A DNA stretch of 64,000 nt from Eledone cirrhosa (taxonomy: Eukaryota): assembly GCA_964016885.1 (NCBI GenBank), contig OZ024741.1:378758001-378822000 (forward strand), in the 5' to 3' direction. Position numbers and translations under genes: made by a program. A model generated the notes under the pieces. That model worked only from the letters and a program-made list of their open reading frames with translations, searched no databases and was not told the DNA's origin. Positions 30,997 to 43,996 of the stretch are shown here, piece by piece. How positions within the stretch are numbered: position 1 is the first letter of the stretch; each line of letters opens with the position of its first letter.

Positions 30997-33083
30997 CTAG
31001 CAGGTTTACCCGCCGTTTCCCGGGGTTTTAAATGATGCTAAGAATATACAGCTAGGAAGTAAAAGAAGAACATTATTTGTCCTCAACTTGTCAAAATAAG
31101 CAGAAGTCTTTAATAATTAATGCAAACGAATATATTCAGTGCAATCTTTGTACACATAAAACTATGCTGATAATGTAGGAAAACACCGAACAGGATGTAG
31201 TTATACAAATGATTAAAGACAATATACGTTGCAAATCTGTAAAAAAATAGGCAGTTTTGCTAAAGTACAAGTTGTAATAAAAGCAGAGTTGTATACAAAC
31301 CAAAAAATAATGAGAGTAGAATAAGAGAAAATCTATTCTTTGAGAGCATCCTTTGCTGTGTATGGTTAAATTCTTAACTTATAATCCAAAATATCCTGCA
31401 TGACATATTCATTTATATGTTTTGAAATGAGTAAGGTGAAGTCAAGGCAGAGCTGTAATAAGATTTTTTTGTTAACACTAAAGCACTTCAGGATAGACGA
31501 TATTCTTTGTTTTTCTTTTCGGAACAAACGCAAAGAGATTATCTCGACTGCCAACTCGTGAGCAGGCAACGTAGAATTGTCCGTGCAATAAGCAAGCTCA
31601 TCCAAGTGAATTCCAGCGACGGACAGAATTTGACCTTGCCACTTGTTTATGGAAATCGCAATGGCAACACGAAGGGGAAATTAGGTTCGGCGAAAGGAGA
31701 AGGGAGTATCCACGCCTGATCTAGTTAGGCTAATTTTTTGTTATTATCACCTCCACACCTTTTCCACATCCGGATAGAATGATAGCGTCAATACTAAGTG
31801 GATAAGTTTCTTAACCACAAGGCGTGTACCAGTGCATACATTTTCAGGAGTGATATTTTTCAGCAAAATAACTGGTGAACCAATGTATTAGGAGGTAAAC
31901 CAGGATGATTTAAAGAATTTAGAAATTGACCTGGATAATTGACCGAATCCTGTGGATCACATACAGTATCAATGGATTTATATATCCGTGGACATCCAGG
32001 AAGAAGCTGAAGAAGCTCATCGTTAATACAGCTAACCGTGATATTTTTGGGTGCAAGAATGGCTCTTTCGCATAGCCAATCAAGATTCCTATAGTTATCA
32101 CGCAAGTTCGGGAATACACTCGCCTTGAGATCATCGACAGTTTCAACTACATTGCATATGTGATCAATTGCTATGTGTCCATCTTTATCCGGAGGTACCT
32201 TACCATCTCCTATTGTAAGAATGTCTCCAGAAAATGTTGATGACAGAGGGTCCCCATGCAACCTTGCACGCATGTTGGTAGTTAGTATTAATGATGTCAC
32301 TTGTCGCCACAACGGTGAAGAATTAAGACGTGCATTTACCGCATCTGCTCTTGTTCCTTTCGGTATTATAGGAAGAGTCTGTCTGAAGTCTCCTGATAGC
32401 AGAATGGTGACACCCCCCATAACATCACTGCAATCCCGTATGTCTTGCAAATACCTGTCTAGTGCCTCAAGAGCACCTTTGTGCGCAATTGTGCACTCAT
32501 CCCAAACAATAAGGTGACACCTTCGCAGCAGCAACACATTTTTTTGTATCAACATGGCTTTGTTCATGAAAGTTTTAAAAATGAAAAAGTTGTAGGCCGT
32601 AATAGTTTGAATGGAAAGTCCCATAACGATTGTTCTAAAAATAAACAATCCATCATCAAAATCTCGTAAATTCGAGACTGCTGCGAGATTATGCCCTTAA
32701 CGCGAAAATTAACACTTAATATAGTGAAACAAGTTAAAACAACAAGTGTTTTTTTAACTTTGAAAGGCAACAAAGAATAATTAAGAAACAAACGATAAAA
32801 CCATCATCAAAATCTCGTCAATGAAATGAATGTGATGTTTTATAAGGATTGTCAATAAAGTTTGTTATCTCCCTTCCATCAATTTTTCTACCGATAATTT
32901 TGATATAGATTTTTTATTGCTCAACGTCGGTCGATTTGAAAAATGTTTGTGATGTAATAATCGTAAAGAACTGTGCAACGTGCACAGAAAATTTGGTCAA
33001 ATTCAGTTGGTAATTGTGAAAGCCTTATGCGTGCTAAATTGTACACAGGCACTCACACATCCTCGCTTTTATATATATAAAGA
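30997..33083 (-). mobile_element. Internally deleted Helitron
   Basis: 5' TC at 33083; 3' hairpin CCCGGGAAACGGCGGG plus CTAG at 30997; no target-site duplication; helicase remnant inside. Confidence 0.9.
31500..32560 (-). pseudogene. Helitron PIF1-type helicase fragment
   Basis: LIVWDEC, LSGDFRQTLPII, LTTNMR, RAILAPKN, FLNSLNHPGLPP, then frameshifted C-terminal motifs. Confidence 0.92.
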
Positions 33084-33584
33084 TATTTCAAGGGCGACAA
33101 AGGTAAATTATGGTGCGCTTTCATCAGATAAAATACAGATTTGTTTTATAAATAAATATTGACATACACGAAAAAAAGACAACCACAACGGTTGAAATTC
33201 GCTGGATAGTGGAGATAATTGAGGGTGATACAAAGTTGTGAGTGAGTATGCAAAAGAGTGTCACAAAAATTGACAAAACAACGGTTTATTTAAATTAAAC
33301 TGTTGGAAGAAAATAGATGTAAAAGGCGGAGGGGAGACAAAACATTGAGAGGGAGAGAGATAAAGAGAAAAAAATATATTGAAAGGGAGGGAGAGAGAAA
33401 GAGATAGAAGAAAAAAGAGAAAATATATAATATTGAGAGAGAGTGAAGGAAAGAACAAATATTGAGATGGAGAGAGAAAGGAAAAGTATTGAGAGGGAGA
33501 TAAGAAAGAATATTGAAAAAAATATTGAAAAAAAGAGGGAGAAAGAGTAGTGAGGGGGAGAGAGAAGAAAGATAAAGAGAAAAT

Positions 33585-33929
33585 GTCGGCTCTACTTCGA
33601 CAGACTTCAAATCTCGTTTCAATAACAATAAATGTTCCTTTACGAATATTACTAAGACATCTTCAACATCTCTATCCAACTTATTATGGAATTTAAAATC
33701 CAAGAATATAAACTACTCTTTATCTTGGAATATTGTCTCCAAAGCAACATCTTACACAGCTGTATCCAAATTATGTAGCCTTTGCGTAGAGGAAATATTC
33801 TTTTTACTAAAATCTAAGAACTCTATTAATTTTCGGAATAATTTATTTACTTCTTGTAAACATCGGTTAAACTCAACTTTTAGATATATATATATAAAAT
33901 GTAATATATGTTCATTCTTCCTTACATAA
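33585..33929 (+). pseudogene. PLE GIY-YIG C-terminal half (open frame without a start codon, absent from ORF track)
   Basis: VGSTSTDFKSRFNNNKCSF..STSLSNLLWNLK..WNIV..CSLCVEE..CKHR. Confidence 0.85.
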
Positions 33930-34974
33930 GGTTTTCTACATCCAAACACCGATAATCTCTGCCCTCTGATTATATACATCAATATAATTCGAACTTTCCT
34001 AAATATATAAAGTACACTTATTAATATTAATTTACTCCTTAAAACCTTTATTTTCTAATACTTATATTATCGCACTTTTCAATCCTATCTCCAGAAATTA
34101 TTTTATGAAAATGTTTTGAAAAATTCTAAAAATTTCCTTCGAAACACCTTCTGTAAATTTTTGTAAAACTTATGATTAAATTTCTGAAAGGTTCTTTTGA
34201 AAGATACGAAAAACCAATATTTTCATATCTTCCATTACCCCTACATCTTCCAATACTCTAAACATGTTTAATACTTATGTATTTTCATATATATCCAATT
34301 ATTTTTAATACTTATGTATTTTCATATATATCCAATCACTTATATTATTTATATATATGTGGAATAATTATGTCTTATATTTTAATTATATTTTAAGATG
34401 AATTTTTATAACTTCTTATAGCTTTTGTAGTGATTTTTATCTATCCTTGGAGTCATTTGGGTTTTAAAAACATCCCTTTTAACTTACTTTAAACTTCCTT
34501 ATTGTTTTTATAATCCCAATTTTTATAGTCTAATTTATAGTCGAAATTGTAAATGGTTTTAATATATTCTCCTAATTAAATAAGTTCTCCTTTCTAAAAC
34601 CTCGTTAATCTCCATAAATATTTGATGTTTAAGATTTGACTTATAACTATTAATAAACTACGGCTAAATATAATTTTGCCAAACTTACTTTAATCAAACA
34701 AACTATACGTGGTTTTTTTTCCAATGCAAAAACTATACATTCACATTATTTATAACCTATAACATAACATACCCATCTGAACCTATATAGTATTATTACA
34801 TCTTAATAATTTTTTATATACCTCTTTATATAATATATCTTATTGTAATTAATTAAATTTTAATTAAATTTTAATTAAATTTTGAATTAAATTTTAATTA
34901 AATTTCTGTTTACATTTTTAACTAAATTATAACAATATTCTTTTGTAAAGATTTTTTATCATTAATTTAATTAT

Positions 34975-35160
34975 AAATAATTGTTTCTACTTTTGGCACA
35001 ATGCCAGCAATTACCCAGTTCACTACTGGTACTTTACTTTATCGACCCCGTAAGGATGAAAGGCAAAGTTAACCTCGGCGGAATTTGAACTCAGAATGGT
35101 AAGGGCCGTAACTCTATGCGTCAAAGCATGGCGTCCGACCCTCTACTGATACTGCCAATA
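34975..35160 (-). mobile_element. tRNA-derived SINE inserted in the PLE 3' UTR
   Basis: Minus strand GAGTTCAAATTCCGCCGAGGTTAACTTTGCCTTTCATCC..GGGGTCGATAAA..GTACCAGT..GCTGGCATTGTGCC. Confidence 0.8.
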
Positions 35161-35689
35161 AATAATATAAACATAACATAATGAATGATATATTTACATT
35201 CTGAGTGCTCATCCATATAAAATTTATTTCTTCGCTCACTTCGCCCATCTTTCTCTTTCTCTTTCTTTCACTCCCCCTCACTACTCTTTCTTCCTCTTTT
35301 TTCAATATTTTTTTCAATATTCTTTTCTCTCTCCCTCCCAATACTTTTCCTTTCTCTCTCCATCTTAATATTTGTTCTTTCCTTCACTCTCTCTCAATAT
35401 TATATATTTTCTCTTTTTTATTCTATCTCTTTCTCCCTCCTCCCTTTCAATATATTTTTTCTCTGTATCTCTATCCCTCTCATTTGTTTCCTCTTCATCT
35501 CCCTCGCTCTCAATATTTTGACAGTTTAATTTAAATCAACTGTTGTTTTTTTCAATTTTTCTGACACTCATTTGCATACTCACTCACAACATTGTATCAC
35601 CCTCAATTATCTCCACTATCCAGCGAATTTCAACCGTTGAGGTTGACTTTTTTCAGCGTATGTCAATATTTATTTATGAAACAAATCTG

Positions 35690-35755
35690 TATTTTATCTG
35701 ATGAAAGCGCACCATAATTTACCTTTGTCGCCCTTGAAATATATATAATACAATA
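35690..35755 (+). ncRNA. Hammerhead ribozyme
   Basis: TATTTTAT-CTGATGA-AAG..CTT-GAA-ATATATAT-A-ATACAATA; 7/8-bp stem I, AUA site. Confidence 0.7.
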
Positions 35756-35924
35756 ATTATGGTTTTATAAATATAGTTTCCATTTATATTGTATATTTAC
35801 TCCACAAAACTGCTGAGTGCTTTATTTCAGTTATAAACATTGTTAAACTTGTTGAATCCCCAAAAAATTAAATATAACCTCTGCATATATATATATATAT
35901 ATGTGTATATATATATATATATAT

Positions 35925-36531
35925 GGTGGCTGCCAACTCGTTTTCGAGTACGGCCACTACTTTATATCCATGTAGGAGAACCCCTACCGATGCGCTGAAC
36001 GAGTGTGACTTTTTAGTCCAGCCAGCGACTTGAAAACTGGCACAATCACTACACTTGTGACAATTATTGACACATAGTGTTGGGCCCATGGTACCACGTG
36101 ATGACAAATGCAGAGAGATCTCCAGATATAAAGCAATGCCTGTGCTGTGAAGCTTTTATAGTGAGCAAAGGCACTGCACAAAGCCAGTCCCACTCTCTTA
36201 ACCAAGATGATATTTACCAAAAAGAAGAACTAGTCAACATCATTGGATACCATCAGGGTTGCAGGTGTTATATCAGAGTTTTCCTTCTCCTAGAATTCTG
36301 CCTTGACAAAGGCTAAGGGGTCATCTCTCCCGGTGATTTTAGATGGCCATTGACTCTTAAGAGCTCCTTTGCCCTTTTGACAGGTTTTGTTTTTAGTCCT
36401 GTAGGATGTCCAAAGTCACCCTCCTCACCAAGAAACCTTGGTGGGGTTGCCAGTTTAGTCGCCAACGACCCGACCATGAGACAGGTTGTACTGGGATACA
36501 TGTTACCAGTAGCACCAACTGGTGACCTGAC
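35925..36531 (-). mobile_element. Bipartite non-autonomous RTE derivative (5' UTR plus 3' end)
   Basis: RTE 5' UTR motif TTTCCTTCTCCTAG near 36280 and C2H2 remnant CSDC..FKSLAGLKSHTRSAH, as at 3381. Confidence 0.7.
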
Positions 36532-36557
36532 ATAATATATATATATATATATATATA

Positions 36558-37113
36558 TACAAGCAAATTATAAATGTAAACATGTAAGTATGTTTTTGAA
36601 ACGGTGCGCGAGTTTGAAGATTAGAAATTAGAAATTATAAGCTTTCACCGTATTTTAGACTAAAGAAATTTCTAGCCTGATAGTGGGGTTTATAACTCTC
36701 GGAGAAATGGAAAAAGATGAGTATTGCCGTACATGGGAGTCGAACCCAAATATTTGGTTATCCGGACCACTATGCTACCATTACACCAATACACATCCCG
36801 TCTCCTTCCATTCGAATTAGAAGCTATGAACTTAGCAAGTGAATGATAAACAAGCAAATTATAAATGTAAACATGTAAGTATGTTTTTGAAACGGTGTGC
36901 GAGTTTGAAGATTAGAAATTCGAATGGAAGGAGACGGGATGTGTATTGGTGTAATGGTAGCACAGTGGTCCGGATAACCAAAGATGTGGGTTCGACTCCC
37001 ATGTACGGCAACACTCATCTTTTTCCATTTCTCCGAGGGTTATAAACCCCACTATCAGGCTAGAAATTTATTTAGTCTAAAATACGATGAAAGCTTATAA
37101 TTTCTAATTTCTA

Positions 37114-37116
<3 letters not shown>
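36558..37116. repeat. A-B'-spacer-A-B rearranged repeat containing a tRNA-like sequence
   Basis: Direct repeat 36558-36629 / 36849-36920; inverted repeat 36619-36818 / 36917-37116; (TA)n flanks. Confidence 0.85.
36939..37010 (+). pseudogene. tRNA-like sequence or SINE head (mirror 36725-36797, -)
   Basis: TGGTGTAATGGTAGCAC A box/D arm; TGGT-CCGGATA-ACCA anticodon-like arm; TGGGTTCGACTCCCA T arm. Acceptor stem is weak and U33 is missing. Confidence 0.65.
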
Positions 37117-37149
<33 letters not shown>

Positions 37150-37150
37150 C

Positions 37151-37181
<31 letters not shown>

Positions 37182-37714
37182 CATATATATATATATATAT
37201 GCACACATACGAAACATACTCACAAACGATCCCTACCCTATGTATGTGCACATACACGCACATACCCCTCCCCCACGCGCACTGGCTCATATACATTCCA
37301 ACAAATACGCGCCCAATCACCCCCGTGTTCACTTACATCCACAAAGATAGATACACACACACATGTATATATATCTGTCCGTACCCCAATGTCATATACT
37401 CACAGTCATATAAATCTGCACAAAAGGTCACACAGGGTCATCGATGGACGGATGCATCTTGTTATACATGTAAAAATATAAACCATGTTACCATATACAT
37501 ATATCCATACACATACATGCATGCATACATACACACACTTACATACACATCTATGAAAAAAACATCCAATATACAAAAATATGTATCTAACGCCGTACCT
37601 TCAAGGAGGTATCTTGTATTACACATGCACGGATATAACCATTATAATCATATACATGCATCCATAAACATTCACGTAACATATACACATGTATATATAC
37701 ATATATATACACAT

Positions 37715-37806
<92 letters not shown>

Positions 37807-37880
37807 GCATACACACACCTGTATATATATATGTATATATACAGACATAGGCTTACACATATACACACACATACATATAC

Positions 37881-38846
<966 letters not shown>

Positions 38847-38959
38847 CATATATATATATATAGATACATACACACACACATATATATATATCTACATAGG
38901 CAGACACATATACATATACATACGCACACGCCTACGTATATACACACATATAAAGACAA

Positions 38960-40850
38960 TAAAATTAATTTACGTTATATTAAAATACATGAAAATATGC
39001 ATATAACGTCACATAGAGTTATATAAAAAAGAGGGGAGAAACGAGAAGGTACATGTATTCATGTGATATACCACACATGGGGAGTATGAGATGCACAGTT
39101 AGGTCTGTGTACGGAACAAACAATAAGTGTTCCAAAGCGGAACACGTGGAGAGTAATTATTCACGATTGAAGAGGTACACGTTCATGGGGGAGCGTAGCC
39201 CGGTCACATTGGGGTATGTCACTGTGGATGAGGTGTGTTGTCCTATAGGTATAGGGTACTTGACTGAGCGACCGTGGCATCCGGTCAGCCTGTTCCGGCG
39301 CAGGCGATGTTCCCGCCTAAGGTGACGTGCGTAGTCAGGTGTGCCACTTGGGTTATTTTGGTTTACCCACGGGGCATATAATGCCATCAGGCTATGGTGT
39401 GTCGTCCCTTAAACCCATTTCGTTGCTCAGGTCGGTGCGTGCTCCGGCGCATGCCCTTAGCCTGGGCTTCCCGGAGGATTCCATGCGGCCAATGTGCACC
39501 TTCTTTGGTGTCTGTAGTTCATGACAATTTCAGATTTCAGGTTGACCACGTCATCCTTCAGCCTGACTATCTCCATGGCCTCGTATAGGCATAATCTGCA
39601 CTTTCTACTTCCAGCCGAGTATGCATTGCGCGCCGAACGATACTCCAGTCAAAGACGTACGGGGTGCCTCGGGCTTTCAGGTCCCGCACCAGGTCTGCTA
39701 ACCTAGTAGAGTGCGTCATGCTTCGGTCCTTGAATGAGTCTTGTGGTTATATATCTGTGATTTAAAGGTCGTGGACGTTGCGCTGATGTACGTGCGTTTT
39801 ATATTTTGGGTTCTAACCATACATTTATATACCAGGTCCTTCGTCAGGCATTTTCCATGCAGGGGTCACTGGGTGCCCGCTCTGCAGGTACATTTTCTGT
39901 TGTTACTTCGTTCGCTTATGACGCCTGGCCCTCGATCTGCTAGGGCCCTCTCACGATTCCCAGGGTGTTGATCCACCGGCACGGTGAACTCCCCCACATC
40001 ACTCCTTCCCTCCTGGCGTTGGATTATATCAGCTTCCGCGGGCGTGGCAGCCGCCTCGGGGGCCGGGTTGTTATTTGAAGGCCGGTCCCCGACGGGTCCT
40101 CCACATCTGATAGACGGTCATTCTGCCGCCGCGGTTGGCTGTCGATGTTCCCCATCTTTACCGCACTGGCTTTAGCCATGTACACGGCCATGCTAGGTGC
40201 TGTGTAGAAGGAAAACTTCACCGTGTGGCGATTGAAGATTTTGTGGTATTTGTTCGACGGCAGGAAGCCCTGGACGTTGCGGCGTACACGCTTAGAGTAT
40301 GGCGCATTAAACCACGTAACGGCCTTAGATCTAGTCTTGTTCCTTCGTTTGTGTGTAGTCGTGTGAGTGTGCCCTGGGCCTGATGTCCGTCTCGGGTTTT
40401 GCCCGCTAATAATTACGTCTCCTATGTTGCCTCTATCTGTGTGCCTGCTGTGGGCGTCAAGGTTATGCCTATCACTTACTAAGATATTTCGTTCTATATT
40501 GTCAGCTCTAATGCTAGTCACTTTAAATCTATGTGGTGCTGCTTTCTGTGCTATACTACTACTACCAGACCGAATATTCTCTGTAGGGGGTGTCACGGCC
40601 GTACTTGTCGTTGCCCTGTCCCTAGTCCCAGTTACAGCGAAGCATGCAGTGTGCGTGCCAGGCCCATGCCTGGTTTAGCTCCCAAGGGTGCCTTTATCCT
40701 TCCTACTGTCGGTCCTGTGTCATTAATGTGAGCTGTGTTGCTATTCGTGTTCTTAGAGACTGCTATACAATGATCGTGTCTCGAAATATCTGCCGGCGAA
40801 GCAATTGTAACACACAATAAACTGAGTCCAGATGCATCACTGATTTTTCG
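38960..40850 (-). mobile_element. Internally deleted Naiad-type PLE lacking RT
   Basis: VTWFNAPYS..YHKIFNRHTVKFS, CTCRAGTQ*PLHGKCL, LVYKC..TYISATSTTFK, CRLCLYE; 5' region homologous to 20495-20580. Confidence 0.82.
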
Positions 40851-42259
40851 TTTTATATTATATCACACTCTGCTCTGTAAGAACATAGAGTGCTCAACTG
40901 GCATACCGCCTATGGAAGCATTATAGTTCCCATTAAACACACATATATAAGGATATATATATATATATATATGTGTGTATGTGTGTGTGTGTGTGTATGT
41001 GTGTATTTGTGTGTGTACCTAGAAAATAATAAGTAAAAATAGATGCACATATATGTGTGTGTTTTTGTGCGTGTGAGTCTACATGTGGGTCTGTGTCTAT
41101 GAACTCAGATAATCCATGTATGTGTTGTTGAGGTATTCTATGATATTATCAATATATTCTAAATCAATTGAAATGTATCCCTAAGCTGAAAAAGAAAACA
41201 CCAACGCAGAAGTGATTTAGAGCAATGAAGAGATAATTTGAAGAATTTAGAACTGATTTAATCAAATATTGAATTTTCGTGAATCGAGAAATTTGGCATT
41301 TTTCTCCCCTACCAATTTCAGCATAAATCTATTTTCATTAACATTTTATAAACATTCTTGACAGTTAAAATTACTTTTCATGTTTCCAGGCTTAGCACAC
41401 GTAATATATTTATATTTTGATAGTTGAAGTGATATTTGGATCTTCTGCTATCACTGAAAGTATGACTACTGCACTCTGATGCATCAATGATAATAGGGAA
41501 AATAATATTGCAATATCTTCACTCTTTTTAAATCAGGTGTTTTGTGTGTATTTGATTAATGCGTAACATCTTATACGTACATATTTTCAAAATGCATGTG
41601 TACGTGTTTATTAACATTGATGTAATTACAGAATGTCTGAATTGTTGAAACACATATTTATTCTATTTCTTTACAGGCGTGAACATCATTTCCATAGTCC
41701 TGGTTGAAAGCAATGAAATTATGTTTTAAGGAGAATACAATTTTAAACAGGACGATAGAGAGCAAATAGAAATCAGGAGAATAATTCTAAGAAAAAGTGA
41801 AGTATTAAATAATGAGGTGACATTCAACTCCATCGCTCTCACTCACGCAAGTGATACAAGCATACACACACACACAGCTCTGACGATTCTTAGAACGGTG
41901 GGTCTCTATATTTTCTCATCCCTCCTTACTCAACAACAGACATAACATCTAAATCACAACATACGCAATCATCATAAAATGTCCTACAAGACTGGATTTC
42001 AAAACAACAATGAACAACCCCTTAAAATAATGCCGAATATCTGCATAAATGCCACCAGATAACATGAAATTTCAACAGAATTCCTACAGGAGAGCAACTT
42101 TATCAGGTTCCACTCCTAACACTATAATAACTTTCATTCAAAAATCGACCAGTATCCCCTCACTAAACAGTCTAACAACGAACAACAGCTGCGCTCAATA
42201 TAAAGATTGCATTTTAGCTCAAAATTCGAAATACAAGGAAACTGAATGGGTCACATGAG

Positions 42260-43245
42260 GAACAGAAGATAATTAACATTTCAAATATATTAGCAACACA
42301 CATCGATATAGATATATTGAGTAAGGCATTCAAATTTATACTCACCCTACTTTAACTCAAGCTTTCCCGAAATAAACAATAAAGCATCACAAAAGTCTGC
42401 TGAAATAAGAATCTAGAACAATAATTCTCCGATAACAATGACAATGAACACATATAAATAGTTAGAAATAGAAGTGATTTCTGTCCAAAGAAACGAAGGA
42501 TTAAAGTATTAGAATCATACTCCTTACACATTATTAATTTTCCCTTACAAAATGATTGAAACAACAAATGAATTTTCACAAACGTGAAGAGAAGAATGTA
42601 TGAGATTTACAAGAAAAAAATGAAGTATCTAGTAAAGAAGCCCATAAATGCAACATGGGAGTCACTATGAATATAGATTATTATAAATATTTTACAAATA
42701 AAATGTCAGATACCTATTACTAAAACAAAACACTCAACTACAGATAATAAAACAGATATGATGGAACATCCACAACCTTTAGAAGCTAAGTATCACAAAG
42801 ATGTAATCACGAAAAACATAGACTACATAAGCAATTTCAGATATGAGATTTGCATCTTTTATGGTCTACCGAAAATACACGTTTGCAAACTGATAAATGA
42901 TGCTTGTAAAACCTGGACAACCACATACATTCATTTACCACCTCCAGGCAATCTAAAGATAAGAGCTCGTGAAGCAGATGGCACATATGAAACACACAAA
43001 TTGAGCATCATCCTAGACATTGTCCTAAAACCCTTCCTAAAGTAATGTACAGAGTTACAGCAAAGATTACGTAGACATCCTGAATCCTCTGCTCAATAGA
43101 CTAATTGAAAACAGAGTTTTTGATTCCTTGGTCGTATACAAACATTCCAACTCATATACAAACATTCACCTTGACTGCAATTATACATTGACTGCACTAA
43201 AACATTGGCTAGAAACAAACACTAATAGGAAACTAAAACGACGTT
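42260..43245 (+). pseudogene. Old degenerate Neptune-type PLE RT fragment
   Basis: KIINIS..LSKAFKF and FYGLPKIHVCKLINDAC..ETHKLSIILDIVLKPFL, homologous to the 24993 ORF. Confidence 0.8.
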
Positions 43246-43248
43246 ATT

Positions 43249-43427
43249 AATGTAGTTGCTTCGTATTATGAATATGAGTGCATCATTAATTGTTTCTACT
43301 TCAGGCACAAGGCCAGCAATTACCCAGTGCATTATTGATAAAATAAAGTACCAGTAATGCTGGCCTTGTGCCTAAAGTAGAAACAATTAATGATGCACTC
43401 ATATTCATAATACGAAGCAACTACATT
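43249..43427. repeat. 70-bp inverted repeat built from SINE 3' ends
   Basis: 43249-43318 vs 43358-43427, one mismatch seen. Confidence 0.9.
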
Positions 43428-43996
43428 TCTTTCAGTGTATCTGTGGACTACTGTTAAATATCTAGATTTGCAATTGACACAAATGTCGTCTCCACGAACG
43501 GTAATTAATTCATGGAAATCCATCAGCGAACGAGTTAAAAATATACATTCATATATGGAGACACATTTCACCCACGAACGGAAAACAAATTGACAAGTTA
43601 TATGTCAAACTGCTGTATCATATGACATGAAACATTGACATACACTCATAAATGAAGAATCTTATTGGTAACATAAACAGAAATATTTAATACACAAGGG
43701 AGTTTAATAACAAAAAAATAGCAATTTTTCAGATATATCATTGATGGAAACGAACAAGAGTATAGAAACATACATTTTCAATAAAGGTGCCATCTGATGT
43801 ATTGATGAGAACAACAAATTCACCTGCATCTTTAAATATACTTATGTAAGTACAACTAAACATATATGAACACACACAACACAAGATAAAACATAAATCA
43901 TAGCGTCTCTAAGACAACGTGGAAGACACACTCTCATGATTACATTTTGAAAATATTGACCAAAATAGTATTGTTGTTTTTATTATTATTATTATT

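Larger units (their letters stand above)
30937..35885 (+). mobile_element. 5'-truncated Naiad-type PLE (33585-35885) with an inverted arm (30937-33580) interrupted by a Helitron
   Basis: 33084-33580 plus 30937-30996 equal the reverse complement of ~35250-35795; HHR at 35690-35755. Confidence 0.85.

Noticed and set aside
33290-33982. Minus-strand ORFs 33290..33703 and 33752..33982
   Set aside because: Antisense to the real GIY-YIG remnant on the plus strand.
36440-36531. HDV-like ribozyme at the RTE 5' end (minus strand)
   Set aside because: Partial P2/P3/J4-2-like motifs are present, but I could not build a P1 helix.
36939-37010. Functional tRNA gene
   Set aside because: Acceptor stem is poor, C replaces U33, and it lies within a rearranged repeat.
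41370-41830. Possible host exons (acceptor-like TTTCTTTACAG, TTTCCAG; similar near 220 on minus and 13199)
   Set aside because: Stops in the candidate frames or no recognisable protein; RNA-seq would be needed.
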